Shown here in pieces: positions 35,877 through 45,255 of a stretch of 64,000 nucleotides of DNA. The notes beneath the pieces are model-generated. The model did not search any database, had not been told where the DNA came from, and worked only from the letters and a program-made list of their open reading frames with translations. The position numbers and the translations under genes are program-made. Source of the DNA: Chloroflexota bacterium (GTDB lineage: Bacteria > Chloroflexota > Dehalococcoidia > Tepidiformales > Tepidiformaceae); assembly GCA_016191435.1 (NCBI GenBank), contig JACPOQ010000028.1, positions 241,155-305,154 of the forward strand, read 5' to 3'. Within the stretch, counting starts at the first letter, position 1. Each line of letters begins with the position of its first letter.

Positions 35877-38069
35877 TTGCCGCGGACACGTGAACTACGC
35901 TCAGCCATTCGAGCGCTGCAGGTGCGATTGGACACCGAAACACTGGATTCGCCGGACACGAAACCGCCTTCGCCGGCGCTCGACCTGAGCGACCCATCGC
36001 TGTACCTGAACCGCGAGCTGAGCTGGCTGGAGTTCAATCAACGCGTCCTTGCGGAGGCACATGACCCCCGCAACCTGCTCCTCGACCGCCTGAAGTTCCT
36101 CGCGATCACCGCGAGCAACCTGGACGAGTTCTATGGGAAACGCGTCGGCTGGCTGAAGCGCGGCTGGCGAACCGACCCACGGACCTTGACCGTCGATGGC
36201 CGGACAATCGCCGAACAGCTCGCGATGGTCGTCGAGCGGTGCGTGGAAATGCTCCGCGAAATGGATACCTGCTGGGCGGATGAGCTGCGCCCGGCGCTCG
36301 CCGAGCATGGGATCAGCGTGGTGAGTTACGAAGAGCTGGAGCCAGAAGCGCGGGCGCAGCTCACCGCGTACTTCGAGCGCGCGATCTTTCCTGTGCTTAC
36401 CCCGCTCGTCGTGGACCCCGCGCACCCGTTCCCGTTCATCTCGGGCGGCAGCCTTTCGCTCGCTTTCAATGTGGGCCATCCCGTCACCGGGCAGGACCGC
36501 TTCGCGCGCATCAAAGTTCCGCAGAACCGCCCGCGATTCGTAGAAGCCGGCGAGCTACGGTTCGTGCTCCTGGAGGACCTGATTGCGGCGCACACCGAGA
36601 TGCTGTTCCCCGGCATGATCGTCAGCGAGCGCCAGGCCCTCCGGGTGATTCGCAGTGCCGAGATTGGCAGCCCGGGCGAGGAGTCCGACGACCTGCTTGA
36701 GCTCATCGAGAACGAGCTGCGGCGGCGACGGCTGGCCGAGGCGGTCCAGCTTTCGATTTCCGGGACGATCAACCCCCTCCGCCTGGAGCTCATGCTGGAA
36801 GAGCTCGAACTAGAAGCGGCCGATGTCTACCCGTGTGACGGCATGCTCGGGCTCGCCGACCTCATGCAGATCGCCACGCTGCCCGTCCCGGATCTCTCAC
36901 TGCCAACCGTTGCGCCGGCGGTCCCGGCGGGGTTCGCCGCCGTCACCGACCCCGTGTCGGTCTTCGCCGCCATCCGCGAACACGACATCCTCGTGCACCA
37001 CCCGTACGAGTCATTCGATGCCACGGTTGCGCGGTTCATCGACGAGGCGGCCGAGGACCCGGCGGTACTCGCCATCAAGCAGACGATGTACCGCACCTCG
37101 CCGGACTCGCCGATTCTCGCGTCGCTTATCGACGCGGCCGAGCGCGGGAAGCAGGTGGCGGCCCTCGTCGAACTAACGGCGCGCTTCGATGAGGCGAACA
37201 ACATCGAGTGGGCGCGCAGGCTGGAAGACGCGGGCGTGCACGTCGCCTATGGCAACCCCGACCAGAAGATCCACAGCAAGATCTGCCTCGTCGTGCGGGA
37301 AGAGGGCGGCGACGTCACCATGTACGCCCACATCGGTACCGGCAATTACAACTCCCGCACCGCCCGGCTGTACACGGATCTCGGGTTGTTCACCGCCGAC
37401 CCGGGCATCTGTGCCGACCTCGTGCACATCTTCAACCATCTCACCGGGTACTCCGAGCGGCTGGAAAGCGAAGTCCTGCTGGTCGCGCCGACGAACCTGC
37501 GGCCGGAGCTCGAACGGCGCGTGCGGGCCGAGATTGCGGCGGCCCACGCCGGCCGGCCGGCCCGCATCGTGTTCAAGATGAACGCGCTCGAAGACCGCGA
37601 TTTCACGCGGCTGCTGTACGAGGCGTCCCAGGCGGGCGTCCGCGTCGATCTCGTCATCCGCGGCATCTGCCGGCTGCGGCCGGGCATCCCGGGGCTGAGC
37701 GAGAACGTCCGCGTCGTCAGCATCATCGGCCGCTTCCTGGAACACTCGCGGATCTACTACTTCGAGAACGGCGGCTCGCCGGAGTATTACATCGGCAGCG
37801 CCGACGTGATGAAGCGCAACCTCGATGAGCGCATCGAGGTGCTGGCGCCCGTCCGGCGGTCCGAACACCAGGCGCAGCTCCGGGACTTGCTCGACATGCT
37901 GCTCGACGATAGGCGCCAGGGGTGGGAGCTCCACGACCGCACATGGACGCGCGACCCATCGGTGCAGGACGAGGGCGCGCACGCGAAGCTTATCGCGATG
38001 GCGCCGTTCAGCGTGGGCGCGGGTTCCGCCGCAAGCCACGCCGTCGTACCATCGGCGGGTGGCTCCTGA
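35877..38069 (+). CDS. ppk: Polyphosphate kinase 1
   Basis: YLNRELSWLEFNQRVLAEA, SNLDEFY, HSKICLV, TGNYN. Start uncertain (TTG 35877 or GTG 35922). Confidence 0.92.
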   Translation: MPRTRELRSAIRALQVRLDTETLDSPDTKPPSPALDLSDPSLYLNRELSWLEFNQRVLAEAHDPRNLLLDRLKFLAITASNLDEFYGKRVGWLKRGWRTDPRTLTVDGRTIAEQLAMVVERCVEMLREMDTCWADELRPALAEHGISVVSYEELEPEARAQLTAYFERAIFPVLTPLVVDPAHPFPFISGGSLSLAFNVGHPVTGQDRFARIKVPQNRPRFVEAGELRFVLLEDLIAAHTEMLFPGMIVSERQALRVIRSAEIGSPGEESDDLLELIENELRRRRLAEAVQLSISGTINPLRLELMLEELELEAADVYPCDGMLGLADLMQIATLPVPDLSLPTVAPAVPAGFAAVTDPVSVFAAIREHDILVHHPYESFDATVARFIDEAAEDPAVLAIKQTMYRTSPDSPILASLIDAAERGKQVAALVELTARFDEANNIEWARRLEDAGVHVAYGNPDQKIHSKICLVVREEGGDVTMYAHIGTGNYNSRTARLYTDLGLFTADPGICADLVHIFNHLTGYSERLESEVLLVAPTNLRPELERRVRAEIAAAHAGRPARIVFKMNALEDRDFTRLLYEASQAGVRVDLVIRGICRLRPGIPGLSENVRVVSIIGRFLEHSRIYYFENGGSPEYYIGSADVMKRNLDERIEVLAPVRRSEHQAQLRDLLDMLLDDRRQGWELHDRTWTRDPSVQDEGAHAKLIAMAPFSVGAGSAASHAVVPSAGGS

Positions 38070-38091
38070 GGGCGCCACGGAGGGGCCTCTC

Positions 38092-39291
38092 GTGACCGAC
38101 TGGATCGCCGCCGAACGCAAGTACCTGTTCCAGAACTACGGGCGCCAGCCCGTGGTGCTTGTCCGCGGCGAAGGCACGCGTGCATGGGACGCCGATGGCA
38201 ACGAGTACCTCGATTTCGTGGGCGGGCTGGCCGTGAACGTGCTCGGCCACGCCCACCCGGTGGTGGCCGAAGCGCTCGCGCGTCAATCGCGCGAGCTGAT
38301 CCACACCTCGAACCTCTACTACACGACGCCCATGATCGAGTTGGCGAAGCTGCTCGTCGAAAACTCGTGCCTGGACCGGGTGTTCTTCTGCAACTCTGGG
38401 ACGGAGGCGATCGAAGCCGCGATCAAGCTGGCGCGGCGCTGGGGCCACGACACCCGCAACGGCGCGTACGAAATCATCTCGATGCAGGACGGCTTCCACG
38501 GGCGCAGCACCGGCGCGCTCGCGGCCACCGGCACGGCCCGTTACCGCGAGCCCTTCGCGCCGCTCGCGCCCGGCTTCCACCATGTCCCGTGGAACGACCT
38601 CGAGGCGATCAAAGCCGCCACCAACGACAAGACCGTCGCCGTGCTGCTGGAGCCGATCCAGGGCGAAGGCGGCGTGAATATGCCCGCCGCAGGCTACCTG
38701 CAGGGCATCCGTGACTGGTGCACTGAGCGCCGCCTGTTGCTGATCTTCGACGAGATCCAGACCGGCATCGGGCGCACCGGCACCCTGTTCGCGTACGAGC
38801 AGGAGGGCGTCGAACCCGACATCATGTGCCTGGCGAAAGGCCTCGCGGGCGGCGTGCCCATCGGGGCGATGTTGGCGCGTGAAGAGATTGCCTCTCACCT
38901 GGTGCCCGGCGACCATGGGACAACCTTCGGCGCGAACCCGCTCGCCTGCGCGACAGGCGTCGCGACACTGAAGTACGTCATCGAGCAGAACCTGCCCGCT
39001 CACGCCGCGAAGCAATCAGAGCGGCTGATGACCCGCCTGCGATCGATGGAGGACCGCCTGCCAGTCGTGACCGAGGTGCGCGGCCGCGGACTCCTGATCG
39101 CGGTTGGGCTCGCGCGCGACTCCTCGGCGGAGGTGGTGGCGGCATGCCGCCAGCGCGGGCTGCTGGTCAACAACGTTCGGCCGAACGCCGTCCGCCTGAT
39201 GCCGCCCCTCAACGTGACCGATGATGAAGTCGACCGCGCCTGCGACATCCTGGAGTCCGCCATCCAGGCGGTAACCGCGCCGGCGAAGTAG
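38092..39291 (+). CDS. argD: Acetylornithine aminotransferase
   Basis: [36 protein letters not shown] has GGAGGGG upstream. Confidence 0.92.
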   Translation: MTDWIAAERKYLFQNYGRQPVVLVRGEGTRAWDADGNEYLDFVGGLAVNVLGHAHPVVAEALARQSRELIHTSNLYYTTPMIELAKLLVENSCLDRVFFCNSGTEAIEAAIKLARRWGHDTRNGAYEIISMQDGFHGRSTGALAATGTARYREPFAPLAPGFHHVPWNDLEAIKAATNDKTVAVLLEPIQGEGGVNMPAAGYLQGIRDWCTERRLLLIFDEIQTGIGRTGTLFAYEQEGVEPDIMCLAKGLAGGVPIGAMLAREEIASHLVPGDHGTTFGANPLACATGVATLKYVIEQNLPAHAAKQSERLMTRLRSMEDRLPVVTEVRGRGLLIAVGLARDSSAEVVAACRQRGLLVNNVRPNAVRLMPPLNVTDDEVDRACDILESAIQAVTAPAK

Positions 39292-39327
39292 CGCCCGCGG
39301 AGTACAATCGCGCCATCGGAGGGCGTC

Positions 39328-40386
39328 ATGGGCGACACATTCGAGGACTTCACCCTGGCGGCGGTGCAGGCGGCGCCGGTCTACCTGGACCGGGACGCCA
39401 GCATCGAGAAAGCCGTCCGCCTCATCGCCGAGGCGGGCGCCAGAGGCGCGGACCTCGCCGTCTTCGGCGAGACCTGGGTTGCCGGCTACGCCTCGTTCGC
39501 GGCGTGGGCCGACCACCCGAAGCTTGGGGGCGCGCTCGCCCGGTTCGTGCTCAACGGCGTGGAAGTACCGTCGCCGGCGACGGACGCGCTGTGCGCGGCG
39601 GCGAAGCGCGCGCGCATCGATGTCGCCATCGGCATCGCCGAGCGCGACAGCACCACCCACGGCTCGATCTATGCCACGCTGCTCTTCATCGGGCGCGACG
39701 GCGCGATTTTCGGCAAGCATCGCAAGCTCAAGCCGACGTTTTACGAACGCTCGGTGTGGGGCGAAGGCGACGGGAGCAGCCTGCGGGTGTACGAACGGCC
39801 GTACGGCCGCCTCGGCGGTCTGAACTGCTGGGAGCACCAGATGGTGTTGCCGGGCTACGCGCTCATCGCCCAGGGCCTGCAGGTGCACGCGGCCGTATGG
39901 CCCGGTGGCACCTTCACCCGCCAGGATGTGCTCACTCGTGCCTTCGCGATGCAGGCGGCGGCCTACGCCGTCATGAGCGGCGGCCTGCTGCGCGAATCGG
40001 ACATCCCGGACGACCTCCGCGAAATCGTCAAGCCGCAGAACGGCCACTCCGGGATCATTGGTCCCGACGGCGATTACATCGCCGGGCCGCTCCTCGACGA
40101 AGAGGGCATCCTCACGGCGAAGGCGAACCTCGGGCGTGTGATGCTGCAGAAGATGATCGCCGATCACGCCGGCCACTACACGCGCCCGGACGTGTTTGAC
40201 TTCCGCGTGAACCGCCACCCAAAGGTGGTCGCGCGCTTCGACGACCCGGCCTCGGATGGCGCTCTGCCGCCGGAGCTCCGACGCAAGCTCGAAGACGGGT
40301 TGGACGCCGGCGATCTTCGCAGCCCGGCGGAACTGAGGGATGCATTCGCAGGCCTCGCTGGTACGCGCGGGGGATCGGCCGGGTGA
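39328..40386 (+). CDS. Nitrilase (carbon-nitrogen hydrolase branch 1)
   Basis: E-K-C triad context: FGETWVAGY, HRKLKPT, LNCWEH. Confidence 0.88.
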   Translation: MGDTFEDFTLAAVQAAPVYLDRDASIEKAVRLIAEAGARGADLAVFGETWVAGYASFAAWADHPKLGGALARFVLNGVEVPSPATDALCAAAKRARIDVAIGIAERDSTTHGSIYATLLFIGRDGAIFGKHRKLKPTFYERSVWGEGDGSSLRVYERPYGRLGGLNCWEHQMVLPGYALIAQGLQVHAAVWPGGTFTRQDVLTRAFAMQAAAYAVMSGGLLRESDIPDDLREIVKPQNGHSGIIGPDGDYIAGPLLDEEGILTAKANLGRVMLQKMIADHAGHYTRPDVFDFRVNRHPKVVARFDDPASDGALPPELRRKLEDGLDAGDLRSPAELRDAFAGLAGTRGGSAG

Positions 40387-40733
40387 CGCTGGTGCTCTTT
40401 CTCGTGACGCTCGCCAGCGTCGCTCTCGTGGTGGTGGGCCTCCTGGCGTTGTTCGACAAGCTGCCGCCCAACGGCATCGTCGGCATCCGCACGCCGTACA
40501 CGCGCCAGAGCGCCGACAACTGGTACCGGACGCACCGCGCGGGGGCGCCGTACCTCATCTTCGGGGGCGTCGCGGCGGCCGCGGCCGGCCTTGCCTTCCT
40601 GCCGTTCGCACTCGCGGGCAAGGTCGGCGACGCCGTCATCGGCATGATCCTCATCTTCTGCGCCGTCGTTATCGTCGCGTCCGCATTCGCGGCGTGGATG
40701 TTTGGCACGCGCCGCGCGCGCACGGCCCGCTGA
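40383..40733 (+). CDS. SdpI/YhfL-family small membrane protein
   Basis: PPNGIVGIRTPYTRQSADNWYRTHR between TM helices. GTGA overlap with the nitrilase. Confidence 0.6.
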   Translation: MTLVLFLVTLASVALVVVGLLALFDKLPPNGIVGIRTPYTRQSADNWYRTHRAGAPYLIFGGVAAAAAGLAFLPFALAGKVGDAVIGMILIFCAVVIVASAFAAWMFGTRRARTAR

Positions 40734-40779
40734 GCGCCGGACACTTTCGCTCGTCCGCGGATTAGGGTTTACTTCGAAG

Positions 40780-41619
40780 ATGCGCATTACCAAGATGCAC
40801 GGCCTCGGGAACGACTACATCTACGTGATCCCATCCGAAGATCGCGACTGGTCAGACCTCGCGCGGCGCGTGAGCGACCGCCATTTCGGCGCCGGCAGCG
40901 ATGGACTCATCCTCGCGCTACCCTCGCGGGTCGCCGATATGCGGATGCGGATGTTCAACGCCGATGGCTCCGAAGCGGAGATGTGCGGCAACGGAATCCG
41001 CTGCGTGGTGAAGTTCGCGATCGAAGAAGGGCTCGTGCCCGCCGACCGCGACATTGTGACGGTGGAGACGCTCGCCGGCACGAAGACGTTGCAGCTGTTC
41101 CGCGAGAAGGGCGTTGTTACTTCGGCGCGCGTGGACATGGGTCCGCCGAACTTCGACCCGGCGAGCCTGCCTGCGAACGTCGAAGGCCACGGGCCGATCA
41201 TCGACTTGCCAGTGACGGTCGGCGGCATAGACCTGAAGCTGACGCTCGTGAGCGTGGGCAACCCGCACGCGATCCACTACGTGGAATCTGGCATCGAGGC
41301 GTTCCCGCTGGAACGCATCGGGCCGCTGGTCGAAACGCACCCACTCTTTCCGCGGCGCACGAACTTTCAGGTGGTCCAGGTCGTGGACGACGGCCACGTG
41401 CGACACCGCGTCTGGGAGCGCGGTTCGGGGATCACGCTGGCATCGGGGACGAGCGCGACGGCGGTGTGCGCCGCGTCCCGGCTGCGAGGCTTCACCGGCG
41501 ACCGCATCGTGGACTCGCTCCCCGGCGGTGACCTGGTGCTCGAATGGGACGGGAATGGCTCGGTGTTCATGACCGGGCCGGCGACGCGCGTGTTCGATGC
41601 TGAGTGGTACGAAGCGTAG
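40780..41619 (+). CDS. dapF: Diaminopimelate epimerase
   Basis: KMHGLGNDY, MCGNGIRC, GSGITLASGTSA. Confidence 0.93.
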   Translation: MRITKMHGLGNDYIYVIPSEDRDWSDLARRVSDRHFGAGSDGLILALPSRVADMRMRMFNADGSEAEMCGNGIRCVVKFAIEEGLVPADRDIVTVETLAGTKTLQLFREKGVVTSARVDMGPPNFDPASLPANVEGHGPIIDLPVTVGGIDLKLTLVSVGNPHAIHYVESGIEAFPLERIGPLVETHPLFPRRTNFQVVQVVDDGHVRHRVWERGSGITLASGTSATAVCAASRLRGFTGDRIVDSLPGGDLVLEWDGNGSVFMTGPATRVFDAEWYEA

Positions 41620-41632
41620 CGAGTCTGCTGGA

Positions 41633-42514
41633 TTAGCGCGGCACAACGACATCGATGCCCATGGCGATGAACAGGACTGCCAGGTAGAGCAGCGAGTAGA
41701 GGTAGAGGTCCATCGGTGGGACCGTGGCCGGGCTGCGCCAGAGTCGGAACGCCTTCCACACGAACACGCCGCCCGCCATGAAGGCCGTCGCGAGGTAGAT
41801 CCAGCCCAGGTTGCCCGCGGGCCCGAGCAGGGCCGTAACGATGACGAGAAGGACCGAGTAGCGGAGGATCTGGAGGCGCGTGACCTCGACGCCATCGGTC
41901 ACGGGGAGCATCGGCACGCCCGCTTCGGCGTAATCGTCCTTTAGCCGCAGCGAGAGCGCCCAGAAGTGCGGCGGCGTCCAGAAGAAGATAATCGCGAACA
42001 TGACCCAGGGGGCCACCGACAGATCGCCGGTGACCGCGGCCCACCCGACCATCGGCGGGAAGGCGCCCGCGGCTCCGCCGATGACGATGTTCTGCGGCGT
42101 GCGCCGCTTGAGCCAGACGGTGTAGACGAACACGTAGAAGAGCAAGGCCGCCAGCGCGAGCACGGCCGCCGCGAGCGTTGTTGCGGCCCAGAGGAGCACG
42201 AACGCCCCGCCCCCGAGCGTGATGCCGAACGCGAGCGCGTGCGCCGGCTCGATCGTTCCCGTCACCAGCGGCCGGCTCCGCGTCCGATTCATGATCGCGT
42301 CGATATCGCGGTCGTACCAGCAGTTGATGACGTTCGCGCCGGCTGCCGAGAGCGTCCCCCCAGCAAGGGTCGCCAGGATGAGCCACCCGGAGGGCCAGCC
42401 GCGCTCGGCGACGACCATGGCGGGTACGGTGGTGATAAGGAGCAGGACAATGATTCGCGGCTTTGTCAGCGAGACGTAGTTCCGCACCGTCTGGCCGAGA
42501 TGGGGCGGCGCCAT
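41633..42514 (-). CDS. ctaB: Protoheme IX farnesyltransferase (heme O synthase)
   Basis: LTKPRI, NCWYDRDIDAIMNRTRSRPL, FFWTPPHFWAL. ATG 42514. Confidence 0.92.
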   Translation of the reverse strand: MAPPHLGQTVRNYVSLTKPRIIVLLLITTVPAMVVAERGWPSGWLILATLAGGTLSAAGANVINCWYDRDIDAIMNRTRSRPLVTGTIEPAHALAFGITLGGGAFVLLWAATTLAAAVLALAALLFYVFVYTVWLKRRTPQNIVIGGAAGAFPPMVGWAAVTGDLSVAPWVMFAIIFFWTPPHFWALSLRLKDDYAEAGVPMLPVTDGVEVTRLQILRYSVLLVIVTALLGPAGNLGWIYLATAFMAGGVFVWKAFRLWRSPATVPPMDLYLYSLLYLAVLFIAMGIDVVVPR

Positions 42515-42531
42515 GGCGACTGCGTTCGCAC

Positions 42532-43476
42532 TCAAGCTGCTACCTCCACTCCCGGAAGGGCCCGTGATCGCCGTTCGCCCACGGGCGAGTAGTACGAGAG
42601 GATCACGGTCGTGACGAGGGTAATCCACACACCCGATGCGAGCACGGTATGGGTAACCGCGAGGGCGTCCGGGAAGGTGTACCAGACGTTGAGGGCGCCA
42701 ACGAGCACCTGCGCCAGGTACAGCGCGGCCCCAACAATCGCCACCGTGCCAGCCCAGGGCAGTTGGCGTCGCCGCCGCCATGCCGTGAGCAATACCGGGA
42801 TCAGCAGGAATATCAGCGCCCCGGCCAGGTAACGATGAACCATGTGCGTGATCTCCTGGTCATCGTTGCCGGGGAGCACGGAGCCGTTGCACGTGGGCCA
42901 GCCGCTGCAGGCGGTGCTGGCGCCGCTCTCTGTCATGTAACCGCCGATCCACATGGTCGCGGCCAGCCAGCCAAGGGCAACGAGCGCAAACTGGCCGATA
43001 CGCTGGCGCGACGAGTCGAGCGCGCGGGCGACGTAGCGGGCGTGACCCGGGTCCTCGAAATACATCGAAACGAACACAGCAATTTCCACGGAGAGGACGA
43101 GCATGGCCGTCAACAGGTGCGTCGCGACGACGGCCGGCGGCAGCTCGCGGACGACGGTGAGCGCGCCCAGGAGGCCCTGGATGACGACGAGCGGCACCGC
43201 GATCGTGGCGGCGTACACCGTGAATGGCCGGTCCCGGTAGTGGCGCCAGGCCATGATGGCCGTGGCGATAACCATCAGGCCCACGATCGAGGCGGTGAAG
43301 CGGTGCGAAAACTCAATGAGCGCGTTGCGGTCCCCCGGGGGCAGCGCCCCACCCTGGCAGGTGGGCCAATCTGGACAGCCGAGACCAGACCCGGTCGCCC
43401 GGACGAGGACCCCAACTCCAACAAGAATCAACGTGGCGATGCAAGTCGCGAACGCAAGCCGCTGGGCGTTTTTCAT
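42532..43476 (-). CDS. ctaA: Heme A synthase (COX15/CtaA)
   Basis: GSGLGCPDWPTC and a second GWPTC. Conserved His in TM helices. Confidence 0.9.
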   Translation of the reverse strand: MKNAQRLAFATCIATLILVGVGVLVRATGSGLGCPDWPTCQGGALPPGDRNALIEFSHRFTASIVGLMVIATAIMAWRHYRDRPFTVYAATIAVPLVVIQGLLGALTVVRELPPAVVATHLLTAMLVLSVEIAVFVSMYFEDPGHARYVARALDSSRQRIGQFALVALGWLAATMWIGGYMTESGASTACSGWPTCNGSVLPGNDDQEITHMVHRYLAGALIFLLIPVLLTAWRRRRQLPWAGTVAIVGAALYLAQVLVGALNVWYTFPDALAVTHTVLASGVWITLVTTVILSYYSPVGERRSRALPGVEVAA

Positions 43477-43612
43477 CCCGGGATGCTGAACCTTTCGACT
43501 GTGACGGGCGTTCGCTGCGGCCCGTCAATCCCTCGGCCGGGGTGCGGCCCTTCGCTGGCAAGGTTGCCACACGCGACCAACAGGCGCCACCGCGCGCCGA
43601 CTCTGCTTACTT

Positions 43613-44590
43613 TCAGAACCCCTGGCTGCCGTCGGTCCACCGGAGCGCATCGACGACGATGCCGGCGACGGATATCTCCCAGTGCACGTGCGGGCCGGTG
43701 GACTGGCCACTCGAACCGACGTAGCCGATCGTCTGGCCTTTGGTCACCGACTGGCCTTTCGCGACAAGCAGTTCCTTCTGATGCCCGTACGAGGACATGA
43801 TGCCGCCGCCGTGGTCAATCACGCTGAGATAGCCACGCACGAAATAGAGTCCCGCCATGACCACCACGCCGTCGTTCGAGGCATAGACGGGCGTGCCGGC
43901 GTCGGCCGCGAGATCGGTGCCGCCGTGGTGGCCCCCAACAGGCCCACCGTTATAGGAGCGCTGCTCGCCGAAATAGCTGCTCACCACGAGCGGCGCCGGG
44001 AGCGGCAGTCCCCATCCCGGCCTCCATTTGCGCGGCGTGCGGCCGGCGTAAACCACGGGAAGCAGGTTTGTCTCGTCGGGCGGCGGTGGCGGTGGCGGCG
44101 GCGCGTTGGGGTCGGGCGGCGGCGGTGGAGGGAAGACGATGTAGTCGACCGTCCAGTCCGTCTTGAGGATCGTCACCACCGCGGGGGTCCGCTCGGGCTG
44201 CTGGTAGGCGTTGATGTAGTCGATGTCGATGACCGTTGAGCCCGGTGGGTCGTCGATCCCGAACGGGATGTACCCTTCGAGGCCGGCCCCTGCCGGCGCA
44301 AGGTCGTACGTTCGGCCGAGCAGGTTGGCGGTGCCGCTCGAGGCTTTGTCGATGGTCACCCGGACGGCGCCACCCTGGTAGGCGGTGAGGCGAGAGACCT
44401 CGACATGTGCGGCGTAGCCATCGAACGCGATCCCCGGGATCGGGATGCGAGATGTGTCCGCCGCGGCGGCCTGTGTCCCTGGCAGCCTGGTCGTCGCGCT
44501 TTTGCCGTCCGGGGCAAACACCCGCCAGATTCCGGGCGCAGCGAGGACGGGTGCGGCGGCAGCCGCAACTAGCAACACGCGACGGCGCAT
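43613..44590 (-). CDS. Secreted M23-family metallopeptidase with poly-proline linker
   Basis: Signal-like MRRRVLLVAAAAAPVLAAPG. HHGGTDLAA (HxxxD) and GPHVHWEI (HxH). Confidence 0.9.
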   Translation of the reverse strand: MRRRVLLVAAAAAPVLAAPGIWRVFAPDGKSATTRLPGTQAAAADTSRIPIPGIAFDGYAAHVEVSRLTAYQGGAVRVTIDKASSGTANLLGRTYDLAPAGAGLEGYIPFGIDDPPGSTVIDIDYINAYQQPERTPAVVTILKTDWTVDYIVFPPPPPPDPNAPPPPPPPPDETNLLPVVYAGRTPRKWRPGWGLPLPAPLVVSSYFGEQRSYNGGPVGGHHGGTDLAADAGTPVYASNDGVVVMAGLYFVRGYLSVIDHGGGIMSSYGHQKELLVAKGQSVTKGQTIGYVGSSGQSTGPHVHWEISVAGIVVDALRWTDGSQGF

Positions 44591-44632
44591 GGCCAGACCT
44601 TACGTCCACGCAGCGCCGGGTGGAAGCTTCGG

Positions 44633-45205
44633 TTAAAGCTGCCTTCCGCTCAACTCACGCCGGGCGGCGTCCCTGCGTGCATCGATGGTACCGAGCACCG
44701 CCGCCGGCTTCGGGATCCCCGCGAGCACGAAGTTCGGCCGCTCGCCGGCCGTCTGCACTTGCAGATCCCCGAAGTTGAACGCCGTGGGCAGTACTCCTTC
44801 GCGACGCACGGCGATGTCTTCCACATCCACGAGGTCGGCCGAAGCCATACGATGGTTGAACCAGTTGGACTTCGTGGAATCGATGATTCGCTGGTCCGTG
44901 ACAACCCAGATGTCGTTTTGGTAACCGTACCAGTCGAAGTATCCGCGGACGGTCCAGAGCACCAGCCAGGCGAGTTCGGCGAACAGCACGATGCGCCCGA
45001 ACCCACTCCCGAGGCCCGCGGTCACCTGCACGAGCCACGTCACGGCGATCACTGGCACGATTCCGGCAAGAACCACCTTCACCAACTGCGCGATCAAGAA
45101 AACGGGATGGCGCCGGGTGAACAGCACTACTGATTCGTTCTTTTGTAGGTCGAACGGGAGCTTCGGCGCGCCAGACGCCGCCGGCTGGTCAGGGGTATCG
45201 GCCAT
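44633..45205 (-). CDS. Membrane protein with bacterial PH (bPH_2, YdbS/YdbT-like) domain
   Basis: Two TM helices, then IWVVTDQRIIDS...FGDLQVQTAG. Confidence 0.65.
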   Translation of the reverse strand: MADTPDQPAASGAPKLPFDLQKNESVVLFTRRHPVFLIAQLVKVVLAGIVPVIAVTWLVQVTAGLGSGFGRIVLFAELAWLVLWTVRGYFDWYGYQNDIWVVTDQRIIDSTKSNWFNHRMASADLVDVEDIAVRREGVLPTAFNFGDLQVQTAGERPNFVLAGIPKPAAVLGTIDARRDAARRELSGRQL

Positions 45206-45255
45206 GTGGGCACTCCGTTCTCGAACCGCCGGGACTTGTGGCGGAGGCGGCCGTG

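Noticed and set aside
35867-35896. Internal promoter for ppk (perfect TTGACA)
   Set aside because: The best -10 at 18-nt spacing is TGAACT (3 of 6 matches), which is not enough to annotate as a feature. It is mentioned only in the ppk finding.
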